Source: an uncultured Gemmatimonadales bacterium (GTDB lineage: Bacteria; Gemmatimonadota; Gemmatimonadetes; Longimicrobiales; Gaopeijiaceae). Taken from it: a stretch of DNA of 64,000 nucleotides. Location of the stretch: NCBI GenBank assembly GCA_963823035.1, contig CAWGKG010000010.1, positions 1 to 64,000 on the forward strand, in the 5' to 3' direction. The notes below the pieces were generated by a model. It was not told where the DNA came from, did not search any database, and saw nothing but the letters and a program-made list of their open reading frames with translations. The translations under genes were made by a program, and so were the position numbers. Shown here piece by piece: positions 43,720 to 53,983 of the stretch (positions are counted from its first letter, which is position 1; every line of letters begins with the position of its first letter).

Positions 43720-46229
43720 GTGCGTCGCCTCGCCGCCCTCCTTCTCTTCCTGGCGGCGGGATTCGCACCCCTCCACGCCCAGGAGACCTTCGAGGAGGGG
43801 TTCTTCGAGGTCTACGTCCAGCGCGTCCCGACGCGCATCACGGTCACGACGCTGGTCGACGCCCGCGGCGAGGTGCTGATTCCGCTCCGTCCGGTCCTCG
43901 AGCACGTGGGCATCCCCCTCAAGGTCCGAGGCCGGCACCCTGGTGCTGGAATGGCCCCCTGGGGAATGGCGCACCGTGCTCGATCGGGCCGCACGCACCA
44001 TCGCCGTGGGCGACGAGGCCACGGCCGTGTCCGAGTCGGACTGGGTGGAGCGGGGCGGCGAGTTGTACCTGACCAGCCCCGTGCTGGCGCGCATCCTGGC
44101 CGCCCGGGTGGACGTCGACTGGGCGGGGCTCGGCATCGTGATCTCCCAGAACGCGGAGTTCCCCGCCACCCGTCGGCTGGAGCGCGAGGCCCGCCGGGAG
44201 CGGGAGCGCCTCGCCGCCGAACGGATGGCGCCCACCGAGGTGGCACTCCCCTTCCGCCCGCGCTCGGGGGGCGTCACGGGAACGTGGGGGTTCGCCCTCT
44301 CCGGCGCCGAAGGTGTCTACCGGGGTGCGCTGCGGAGCGGCGTCGGCGGGAGCCTCTGGGGCGGGGCCACGGAATTCGGCGGCACGCTGTCGTTCGGGGA
44401 CCACGTGGGCGAGGCGTTCAACGACGGCTACGCCCGCTACAGCCGCGTCTTCCCGAACGGCACGCTCCTGCGCCAGGTCCAGGTGGGAAGCGTGCTCTCC
44501 GACGGCCCGGTGGCGCGCCGCCTGGTGGGCGTGACGCTCACGAACGAGCCCTACACGATGCCGCGCTACTTCGCCGAGGCCCTCATCGAGCCCTCCGTCC
44601 CGTCGGGGTGGGAGTACGAGGTCTACCAGGGAGAGACCCTCGTGGGCGTGTCGTCGGGCGACGAGCCGTCCAGCCTGCACGCTCCCCTCAACTACGGCAA
44701 CACACCCGTTCGCGTCCGGATGATCGGGCCCGCCGGGGAGGAGCGGGTCGAGCAGCTCCTGTACGTGGTCCCGCCGACGCGCATCCCGTCGGGGGAGTGG
44801 CGGTACGACCTGGGGCTGGGCTCCTGTCGGGACCCCTCCTGCGACGGCTACGCCTACGGCGAGGTGCGCCGCGGCGTGACGCCGTGGATGACGGCCGGCC
44901 TGGGGATGGACCGGCTCGACCCGGTCGAGGGGCGCGTGCGCGTGCGGCCCTACGGCTACCTGGGTGTGTCCCCCCTGCAGTCGCTGAGCGTGGACGTGCA
45001 ATCGCAGCCGGGGTCGTTCTTCCAGACGAGCGTGGACTTCGCCACCGTGGACCGCGGCGTGTACGGGGCCTCGTACGCCTGGACCCGCCCGACCGGGGAC
45101 GCGCCGACGCTGGACGGATGGTATGGGCAGCTCACGGCCAACGTGCCGACGAACCTGCTGGGGGGACGGACCCTTTCCGGGCGCCTCCTGCTGCGCGGCA
45201 CGGAGTCGGGCACCGCCGATTCCTGGCAGGCCAACCTGGCCACGACCGTGCGACGCTCGTACGTCTCGATGGACTGGGAGTCCGGGCTGCAGGCCCGCCG
45301 CGTACTGACCGCAAGAGCCTTCACGCCGATCGCGTCGCCCACCGCGACCTATCTCCGGGACCTGGCCACCTCGGTCGGTCTGGCCGCCACGTCGCGGGGA
45401 CCGGAGTTCCTCGAACTGGGCGTATCCTTCCGGCCGGTGCCGACCGGGAGCCTCAGCCTGAGCCTGCGCGCGAGCCGCGGCGCCCCCGCGCTGCTCAGCA
45501 TCGGCTTCGTGAGCCGGCGTCCGCAGGGGTATTTCCAGGCGCGGGCGGCACGCGGCAGCAGCGCCGGCCTCTTCCTGTCGGGAGACGGCGGCGTGACGTG
45601 GGACCCCGAGACGGGCGTCGTGCCGCTCCCCTTCCAGAGCCTCGGGCGCTCGGGGATCCGCGGGCGGGTGTTCTACGACGTGGACGGCGACGGCGTGGAC
45701 GGGCCGGGCGACCTTCCGGCCCCGGACGTGGACGTGCTCATCCGCGGGGACCGGGTGACCACCGGCCCAGAACGGAAGCTACCGGGCCTGGGAGATCCGG
45801 CCCTACGACGTCGTGCGGGTGGCCGTGGACTCGCTGAGCGTCGACCCGAGCTGGGTGCCCGCTCCCCGTGAGGTCCTCCTGCGCCCATCCCCCAACCTCT
45901 TCAACGAGGTGAGCCTCCCCCTGCGGCGTACGCGCGAGGTGATCGGCACCGTCGAGCTGGGCGGCGACACCCCTCACCCGCTCGCCGGCGTGGCCGTCGA
46001 GATCCGCGACGAGTCGGGACGCCTCGTGGCCACGGAGCGCACCTTCAGCGACGGAGTCTACTACTTCCAGCGCATCCCGCCGGGCCGCTACACGGTCGGC
46101 GTGGCCTCCGCCTCCCTGGAGGCGCTGGGGGCCCCGGGAACGGCGCCCCTCCGTCTGGAGATCGCCGCCGGCACGGACGCTCCGGTCGAGGTTCCGGTGC
46201 TGCGCGTCGAGCCCGGAGGAGGGCTCTGA
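43720..46229 (+). CDS. Usher-like outer membrane protein with C-terminal SdrD_B / carboxypeptidase-regulatory-like domains (frameshifts near 43930 and 45775)
   Basis: Signal peptide; plug-like PSGWEYEVYQGETLV..LNYGNTPVRVRMIGPAGE; amphipathic beta-strands; GRVFYDVDGDG; TFSDGVYYFQRIPPGRY. Confidence 0.65.
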
Positions 46230-46399
46230 GCCTTGCGCACACGGCCTTTCGGGCCTGTAGTTGGCCGGGGGGTCGGTCGGCGAAGGCAACCGCTCAAGTA
46301 ATTCCGAGCCGCGACCGTTACTCCCGGTCAGAAGGGGGAGCACCCGGTCGCACGGCTGGAGGGTCGGCGCCCGGGCTTCCACGGACGAGAGGGCTCCGC

Positions 46400-46813
46400 G
46401 TGGCTTGGACCCGTCGGAAGATCCCGGTGTCGTCGGCGTTGTCGGTGCTGCTCGCCCTGTTCTCCCTCGCGGGGACGGCGACGCGCGCCGAGGCCCAGTC
46501 GGCCGGGGCGACCGTACGGGCCTCCGTGACGATCCTGGACGCGGTCGGCGTGTCTGCGGGCGCCGGGCTGAGCGTCTTGGACGCGGGACCGGGCGAGATC
46601 CGAATCGGTGGCTACATGGAGGTCACCAGCCCGGTCCCGCATATCCTCACCTCCTCCGTCGGACCCGCCGACCTCCCCTGGGTCGCGGGGCAGTACTCGC
46701 ACGTGCGCTCCGGCACGCAGGGCACGGTCCCGCAGCGTGTCGACGTGCGATTGGATTGGTCGCGGGCCGACCGGCCGATGAAGCTGGTCTTCACGATCGC
46801 CGTCATCCTGTGA
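46400..46813 (+). CDS. Small secreted pilin-like protein D
   Basis: Signal peptide AEA-Q; ATVRASVTIL donor-strand-like N-terminus; KLVFTIAVIL end resembles pilin A. Confidence 0.55.
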   Translation: MAWTRRKIPVSSALSVLLALFSLAGTATRAEAQSAGATVRASVTILDAVGVSAGAGLSVLDAGPGEIRIGGYMEVTSPVPHILTSSVGPADLPWVAGQYSHVRSGTQGTVPQRVDVRLDWSRADRPMKLVFTIAVIL

Positions 46814-47518
46814 GCGCCTCCCGAACGGCATCTGGCGGGGCAGCACGTGTGACCGAAGATCGCCCGGGGGGTGGCGTCGCCCTCGCCGGCTGTGAGAGCA
46901 GCTCCGGGCCCGGAGACATCGAGCCGCCCCCGACACCCGCCGTCGCGTCGCTCGAGATCACCTCCGCCCCCGACACCCTCTTCTCCGTGGGGGCAGCCAC
47001 GACCCTCGCGGTGGTGGCGCGCGACGCCTCGGGCGGGGCCCTCCGCCAGGCCACGATCTCCTGGCGGTCGCTCGATCCCTCCGTCGCGGTCGACGCGAGC
47101 GGCATGGTCATCGCCGTCGCCGACGGGACGGCGCCGGTCGTCGCCTCGTCCGGGTCGGCGGCCGACACCGCGCTCGTCACCGTGCACCAGAAGGCCGCCA
47201 CGCTCACCCTCACCCCTGCCGCCGACACCCTGGGGTTCGTCGGCGATTCGGTCGTGCTCGTCTTATCGGTGCGGGACGGCGGCGGCACCCCGATCGCGCA
47301 CCTCCACCTGACCTGGCAATCCTCGGACACGTCGGTCGTCGCGATGTCGGAGTTCGGAGCGGCGGTCGCGCGCCGACGTTCGCGACGGGGATCTGAAGCT
47401 CGACCACGTCCCGGCGCTGGCCTCCGTGGACCTCCACGCGCTGGAGTACGTCGTCGACGAGCTCGTGGTCCTCTGGACGTCGGGGGACTGGGCGTCGCCC
47501 CTCAGCGAGGCAGGGTAG
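46810..47518 (+). CDS. Ig-like (Big_2) repeat lipoprotein, possibly truncated/frameshifted
   Basis: LAGC lipobox; ISWRSLDPSVAVDASG and LTWQSSDTSVV repeats; frame break near 47370. Confidence 0.6.
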
Positions 47519-47566
47519 GCTGCGGGAGGGGAGCAGCAAGCGAGGTGCTGCCATGGCCGCATGGGC

Positions 47567-48969
47567 TCAGTCGATGAGCCCCAGGCGCTTGCGCCGCATC
47601 CACAGCACCTTCCGTGTCACGCCCAGCTCCTCGGCCGCCCGGGCGACCTGCGCCGTCGCACGCTTCGAGGGTGGCCTCGATGTAGCGGCGCTCGACCTCC
47701 TCGAGCGTGAGGCCGAGGGGAAGCGCGAGGCCGTCGGCCGCCGGCGGGGCGGGCGCGCCGGGCGCGCCGGTGCGCCCCGTGGGCACGTCGACCGCGAGGA
47801 CGGGACCGCGCGAGAAGATCAGCGCTCGCTCGATGGCGTTGCGCAGCTCGCGGACGTTGCCCGGGCCAGTCGTACTCCTGCAGGCGGCGGGAGCTCTCCG
47901 GGTCCAGCGTCGGGGCGGGCCGGCGGAAGTAGGCGGCGGCCTTCTCCACGAAGTGCTCCGCGAACATCGGGATGTCGCTGCGGATCTCGCGCAGGGGCGG
48001 GAGGACGAACTGGGCGACGGCGAGCCGATAGTAGAGGTCCTCGCGGAAGCGCCCCGCGTGCACCTCCTCGTGCACGTCGGCGTTCGTGGCCGCCACGATG
48101 CGCGCGTCCGAGCGTCGGTCCGCCGTGCCGCCGACGCGCCGGAACGTCCGCGACTCGAGGAAGGTGAGGAGCTTGGCCTGCAGCTCCAGCGGCAGCGTGC
48201 CGATCTCGTCGAGGAAGAGCGTGCCCGAGGCCGCCACCTCCGCGAGGCCCTGCTTGGCCTGCCGCGCGTCGGTGAAGGCGCCCTTCTCGTAGCCGAACAG
48301 CTCCGCCTCGAGGAGGTTGGCCGGGAGCGCCGCGCAGTTGACCTCGACGAAGCGGAAGGGCGCCGCCTCGCTCGCGGCGTGGATGGCGCGCGCCACGAGG
48401 TTCTTCCCGGTGCCGGACTCGCCCAGGAGGAGGCGAGGGCACCCGTGCGGCGGCGGCCACGTTCTCGATGAAGTCCCGCAGCTGCTCGATGCGCGGGTGA
48501 TGGCCCAGGATCGTGGCGTCGAAGCGGTCCCGCGTGGCCTCCCGCAGGATCTCCCGCGCGGGCGCCTCGTCGAGCGCCCGGTGGATGCGGGTGATGAGGA
48601 TCCTGGGCTCCACGGGCTTGGTCACGAAGTCGGTCGCGCCGGCCGCGAACGCCGCCTCCGCGGTGGCCGGCGCCCTCCATCCCCGTGAGGATGATGACCG
48701 GCATGTCCGGGAACTCCTCGCGCAGGATGCGCGTCAGCTCGATGCCGTCCATCTCGGGCATGGACACGTCGCAGATCGCGAGGTCCGGCGCCTCCTGGCG
48801 GGCCAGCTCGAGCCCCTGCCTCGAGTCGGTGGCCGAAACGGTGCGGTACGCCCGGTCCCGCTCGAGGACCGCGGTGAGCAGCGCCACCTGGTCCGGGTCG
48901 TCGTCCACCACGAGGATCGTGCTTCGCTTCGGAGGCAAGGCTGGATGGGTGCGGGGAGCGCGGCGGCAT
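47567..48969 (-). CDS. Sigma54-dependent response regulator (GAFTDA variant), several frameshifts
   Basis: REC ([15 protein letters not shown]), [40 protein letters not shown]. Confidence 0.9.
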
Positions 48970-49197
48970 CGCGTCGGGTGCCGGAATGCGGAGGTTAGCG
49001 TGCCCGCGCGGGCCGCGGAACGCAAGGGACGGCGCCGCCAATCCCGCCGCGCGATCTTGCCATGGATACCGCACGCTTCCAGCTTTCGAGGGTGGTAACC
49101 GAGGGTCTGTTCCGGCCACACTCGCCGATGCCGAGGGACCCTCGTGACGAGTCCGGCAGTGGGGCGGTCGAGGTCAGCCCCGGCGGCGCCGACGAGC

Positions 49198-49867
49198 ATG
49201 GAAACGTCCGGGGGGCGGGAGGCCGAGTTCATCGGCACCATCACCGCCTCCGCGACGCACGAGATGCGCAACGTCCTGGCCATCGTGAAGGAATCCGCTG
49301 GCCTGATCGAAGATCTCGTGCATGCGTCTTCCAGGGCGGGGGGCGCGCCTCATGGCGACCGGATCCTCAAAGCCACGGGCCGCATCGACGCGCAGGTGGC
49401 GCGAGGCGCCGAGATCGTGACGCGTCTCAACCGCTTCGCGCACTCGATGGACGGGGGGCGGGAACGCGTCGATCTGGCCGAGGAGGTGCGCGAGGTGGCG
49501 TTCCTCTCCCAGCGCCTCGCCCGCACGAAGTGCCACACCGTGGTTGCCGTGACTCCCGAGGGCCCCGTCTGGATCGGCGGCAACTCGTCTGCACGTGCAG
49601 ATGTCGCTCTACGCGGCCGTGGCGTTCTGTGTCGCCGATCTGCCCGAGGGCGCGTCGCTGGAGCTGAGCGCCTGCGGGGAGGGAGCGGGAGCGCGACGAC
49701 GGCCGATGTCAGGGTCACCGCGGAGCCGGGGACGCCGTTGCCCCGCCCCGGCGGAATCGCCCGCGTGGGGGCGGCTGCAAGCTCTGCTCGCGGGCCTCGG
49801 CATCGATCTCCAGGCGCACGGAGAGGACGGCTACGGGGTCCGTCTTCTCTACGGGGAAGGGGGGTAG
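49198..49867 (+). CDS. Cytoplasmic HisKA-like protein with degenerate ATPase domain (frameshift near 49590)
   Basis: TASATHEMRNVLAIVKESAGL H-box; no clear N/G boxes. Confidence 0.7.
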
Positions 49868-49940
49868 GTCCGCAGGGTCACGCGACGTGAAAGGACATCT
49901 GCGCCTCCAGGCGGGCGAGGCCGGATCCAGCTGAGGGCAT

Positions 49941-50834
49941 ATGAGCAAGATCCGCGTGCTCCTCGTCGACGACGAGGTAGACTACGTCCGCACGATGGCC
50001 GAGCGCATGGAGATGCGCGACCTGAGCAGCCGTGTCGCGACCAGCGGTGCGGAGGCTTTGAGCATGGTCGAGGACGAGCCGCCCGACGTGATGGTCCTCG
50101 ACCTTCGCATGCCCGGGATCGACGGGATGGAGGTCCTGGAGCGGGTGAAGATCGAGCACCCGCAGGTGCAGGTGATCATCCTCACCGGCCACGGCTCGGA
50201 AAACGAGGAAAAGGAAGCCCGGGCGCTCGGCGCCTTCGAATACCTCCAGAAACCTGCTGACACGGGACAGTTGATCGACGTCATCACCGCCGCCTGGAAA
50301 CGCGGCCTCAAGGTCGCCGCCGACTTCCTCCGGGAGTCCAAGGGGGAGTTCGACCGCACGATGCAGGCGGCCGCCTGGGCGGAGGCCGGGGAGCGCGACA
50401 TGGCCGTCGATGCCATGTCGAAGACCCCGCGCGGGGAGGCCAGGGCCGTGCCCGCCCGAGCGGTGAAGGTCCTCCTCGTGGACGACGAGGAGGACTACGT
50501 GCGCACGATGGCCGAGCGCATGGAGATGCGCGACCTCGGCAGCGACGTCGCGCTCACGGGTGAGCAGGCGCTGGAGATGCTGGAGGCCGACCTCCCCGAC
50601 GTGATGGTGCTCGACCTGCGCATGCCCGGGATGGACGGGATGGAGGTGCTGGCGCGGGTGAAGGAGGCCCACCCGCAGGTGGAGGTGATCGTGCTCACCG
50701 GCTTCGGCTCGGAGGAGGACGAGCACGAGGCGCGCCGACTCGGCGCGTTCGACTACCTCCGCAAGCCGGTGGACATCGGCGACCTGATGAGCACGATCCG
50801 CAGGGCGGCCCGCGGCAAGGTCGGCGGCTCGTGA
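49941..50834 (+). CDS. Tandem double-receiver response regulator
   Basis: Two near-identical REC domains (LLVDDE..DLRMPG..LTG..KP) joined by an AAAWAEAGE linker. Confidence 0.92.
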   Translation: MSKIRVLLVDDEVDYVRTMAERMEMRDLSSRVATSGAEALSMVEDEPPDVMVLDLRMPGIDGMEVLERVKIEHPQVQVIILTGHGSENEEKEARALGAFEYLQKPADTGQLIDVITAAWKRGLKVAADFLRESKGEFDRTMQAAAWAEAGERDMAVDAMSKTPRGEARAVPARAVKVLLVDDEEDYVRTMAERMEMRDLGSDVALTGEQALEMLEADLPDVMVLDLRMPGMDGMEVLARVKEAHPQVEVIVLTGFGSEEDEHEARRLGAFDYLRKPVDIGDLMSTIRRAARGKVGGS

Positions 50835-52537
50835 TCCCCGACGACCCTCCCCGATCCTCTCCGCCCGATCGCGACCTCGACACGCTGATCTCCGAGGGGC
50901 GGTACCGCCGCATCCTGATCACGGCGCTGCTGGCCGTGTCCGTGGTCGCCGTGGCGCCGCTCCTGATCATGACCGGCGTCAACTACTACCAGTACCGACA
51001 GGCGTTCCGCTCCGAGGTCGCGCGTCCGATGGTGGGGTTCGTCACCAACGGGAAGCAGGCCCTCGAGGCGTTCCTCACCGAGCGACTCGCGGCCCTCGAG
51101 CTGGTGGTGCGCGAGTGCACCTTCGAGGAGCTCGCCGACGAGGCCAGGCTGAGCAACCTCCTCGGCAACATGAAGCGCTCCTTCGGGGGCTTCGTGGACC
51201 TCGGCCTCCTGGACGAGCGCGGCGTCCAGGTGAGCTACGCCGGCCCGTACGAGTTGGGCGGGCGCAGCTACGAGGAGTACCCGTGGTACATGGAGGCGAC
51301 GCAGCACGGCCAGTACGTGAGCGACGTCTTCCTCGGATACCGGAACGCGCCGCACTTCGTGGTCGCCGTGCAGCACGCGCGGGAAAACGGCCGCTCGTTC
51401 GTGCTGCGCGCGACGATCGACAGCGAGCTGATCAACCGCCTGGTGCGCTCGCTCGGCTCGCGACCCTCCACGGACGCCTTCCTCCTGAACAAGGAGGGGT
51501 TGCTGCAGACGCCGTCGAGGCGCTACGGCGCGGCGCTGGAGCCCGCTCCGCTCCAGCCCCTCGCTGCGGGCGCGCAGCCCGAGCTGGCGGAGCTCACCGA
51601 TCAGCGGGGTGACGCGCTCATCCTCGCGCACGCGCTCATCCAGGACAGCCCCTTCACGCTGGTGGTGGTGAGCGCGCAGGGCGACCTGCTGTCGGGGTGG
51701 GTCGCGCTGCGCCGCAACCTCCTGATCTTCCTGGCCGTGAGCATCGTCCTGATCCTCACCGTCGTGACGATCGGCACCACCAAGATGGTCAGCCGCTACC
51801 GCGAGGCGGACATGATGCGTGCCGCCGCGTACCACAAGATGGAGTACACGAACAAGATGGCGGCGCTCGGACGGCTGAGCGCCGGCGTGGCGCACGAGAT
51901 CAACAACCCCGTCTCGATCATCAGCGAGAAGGCCGGGCTGCTGAAGGACCTCCTCCTCATGTCGAAGGAGATGCCGCCCCGGGAGAAGCTCGTCGAGCTG
52001 GTGGACTCGGTGCTCCGGTCGGCGGAGCGCTGCGGGGGGATCACGCACCGGCTGCTCGGCTTCGCCAAGCACATGGAGGTGCGGCGGGACACGATCGAGC
52101 TCGACCAGCTCCTCATCGAGGTTCTCGGCTTCCTCGAGAAGGAGGCCGCCTACCGCAGCATCCAGGTGGACTTCGACTTCCCGGAGGAGCCGCCGCGGAT
52201 CGTGTCGGACCGTGGGCAGCTGCAGCAGGTCTTCCTCAACATCATCAACAACGCCTTCGCCGCGCTGGAGGATCACGGACGCATCGAGATCGGCATCCGC
52301 GACGCGGGTGACGACAAGCTCGCCGTGTGGATCGCCGACGACGGCGTGGGCATCGCGGAGGAGCACCTGTCGCGCATCTTCGATCCCTTCTTCACGACGA
52401 AGAAGGGGGCCGGCACCGGGCTCGGACTGTCGATCACGTACGGCATCGTCCAGAAGCTCGGCGGTGACATCGACGTGCAGAGCAAGGTGGGGGAGGGGAC
52501 ACGCTTCACCGTCACCCTGCCCAGGGGGACCGAGTAG
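50831..52537 (+). CDS. Membrane sensor histidine kinase with Cache-like domain
   Basis: Two TMs, VSDVFLGYRNAPHF, AGVAHEINNP, QQVFLNIINNA, GTGLGLSI. Confidence 0.93.
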   Translation: MIPDDPPRSSPPDRDLDTLISEGRYRRILITALLAVSVVAVAPLLIMTGVNYYQYRQAFRSEVARPMVGFVTNGKQALEAFLTERLAALELVVRECTFEELADEARLSNLLGNMKRSFGGFVDLGLLDERGVQVSYAGPYELGGRSYEEYPWYMEATQHGQYVSDVFLGYRNAPHFVVAVQHARENGRSFVLRATIDSELINRLVRSLGSRPSTDAFLLNKEGLLQTPSRRYGAALEPAPLQPLAAGAQPELAELTDQRGDALILAHALIQDSPFTLVVVSAQGDLLSGWVALRRNLLIFLAVSIVLILTVVTIGTTKMVSRYREADMMRAAAYHKMEYTNKMAALGRLSAGVAHEINNPVSIISEKAGLLKDLLLMSKEMPPREKLVELVDSVLRSAERCGGITHRLLGFAKHMEVRRDTIELDQLLIEVLGFLEKEAAYRSIQVDFDFPEEPPRIVSDRGQLQQVFLNIINNAFAALEDHGRIEIGIRDAGDDKLAVWIADDGVGIAEEHLSRIFDPFFTTKKGAGTGLGLSITYGIVQKLGGDIDVQSKVGEGTRFTVTLPRGTE

Positions 52538-52554
52538 TGTCCCGGGATGCCGAG

Positions 52555-52951
52555 ATGGACGCGCTGCGAGTCCTGATCGTCGACGACGAGGAGGAGTTGG
52601 TCAGCGCTCTCGAGGAGCGGCTGCGTCTGCGCGGCTTCCACGCGCGTGGCGTCACCACCGGCGCGGACGCGCTCGCGTTCCTCGAGAGAGAGCCGTGCGA
52701 CGTGGTGTTGCTCGACGTGAAGATGCCCGGTCTCGGCGGGCTCGAGGTGATCCGGAGGATCAAGGAGGCTCGGCCCCACCTCGAGGTGGTCCTCGCTCAC
52801 CGGCCACGGCTCGTCCGTGAGCGTCGAGCAGGGGATGGAGGCGGGGGCGTTCGAGTACCTCATGAAGCCCGTGAAGATCGACGACCTGGCCCGCATCCTC
52901 CGCAGCGCGGGGACCCGCCACCAGGTCGAAGAGGGAGGTGAGGGAGCATGA
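52555..52951 (+). CDS. Single-domain response regulator (frameshift near 52797)
   Basis: LIVDDE, DVKMPG, LTGHGS, FEYLMKP. Confidence 0.85.
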
Positions 52952-53379
52952 AGGACTGCAAGGTGCTGCTCGTCGACGACGAGGCGGACTTCGTCGAGGC
53001 GCTGGCGGAGCGGCTGGAGGCGCGAGGCTTCGAGACCGACACCGCCCCCACGGGTCTGACGGCGGTAGCGAAGGCCGAGGAGAGGCGTTACGACGCCATC
53101 GTGCTGGACATGGCGATGCCCGGGATGGACGGCATCGAGACGCTCGAGCGCCTGCTCGAGCTCAACCCGGACCTGCAGGTGATCCTCCTGACCGGGCGGG
53201 CTACGCTGGAGCAGGCCGCCACCGCGATCAAGCTCGGCGCGCTCGACCTGCTGGAGAAGCCGGCCGAGATCGAGCTGCTGGTGAAGAAGATCGAGGCCGC
53301 GGCCGAACGGCGATGGACGCTGGAGGACCAGCGGATCGGGGAGCGGGTGGACGACATCCTGCGCAAGAAGGGGTGGTGA
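52948..53379 (+). CDS. Single-domain response regulator
   Basis: LLVDDE, DMAMPG, LTGRA, LEKP; ends ILRKKGW. Confidence 0.92.
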   Translation: MKDCKVLLVDDEADFVEALAERLEARGFETDTAPTGLTAVAKAEERRYDAIVLDMAMPGMDGIETLERLLELNPDLQVILLTGRATLEQAATAIKLGALDLLEKPAEIELLVKKIEAAAERRWTLEDQRIGERVDDILRKKGW

Positions 53380-53380
53380 C

Positions 53381-53932
53381 ATGGACAACGCCGCGCCGGC
53401 CTCGCCGGACGCCCTGAAGCGGGTTGCGGAGGTCATGATCCCACTCGATCGCTACCCCTCGGTGCACCCCGACGACACGCTGCGCAAGGCCGTCTCGGTC
53501 ATCGAGGACTCGCATCTGGAGGTGGGGCGGCGGCGTTCGCTGCCGCGCGTGCTCCTGGTGGTCGAGAACGGTGAGGAGCTCGTCGGCATCCTTCGCCGCC
53601 GGGACATCATGCGCGGGCTCGAGCCGAGGTTCCTGGTGAGCCAGCGCATGGAGTACCGGAAGAAGTTCTTCGACGTCGCCGTCGATCCGAATCTCTCGGA
53701 GCTGCCCTTCGACCGGGTCGTCAAGGGGATCCAGGCCCAGGCCGACCGCCCCGTGCGCGACGTGATGCGCGGGGTGGAGGCGACCATCCATCCGGACGAC
53801 CACGTCATGAAGGCCGTCTACGAGATGGTCTCGCTCAACCAGAGCCTGATCCCCGTCGTGCAGGATGGTCGCGTGCTGGGAGTGATCCGTTCCGTAGATG
53901 TGTTCCACGAGCTGGCGCAGCTCCTCCGATGA
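53381..53932 (+). CDS. CBS-domain protein
   Basis: VAEVMIPL..LVGILRRRDI and VRDVM..IPVVQDGRVLGVIRSVDV. Confidence 0.88.
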   Translation: MDNAAPASPDALKRVAEVMIPLDRYPSVHPDDTLRKAVSVIEDSHLEVGRRRSLPRVLLVVENGEELVGILRRRDIMRGLEPRFLVSQRMEYRKKFFDVAVDPNLSELPFDRVVKGIQAQADRPVRDVMRGVEATIHPDDHVMKAVYEMVSLNQSLIPVVQDGRVLGVIRSVDVFHELAQLLR

Positions 53933-53983
53933 GGATCGCGCACGCTCCGGAGCCCACGTCTTCGAGTGGCCCGAGGCCAGGTC

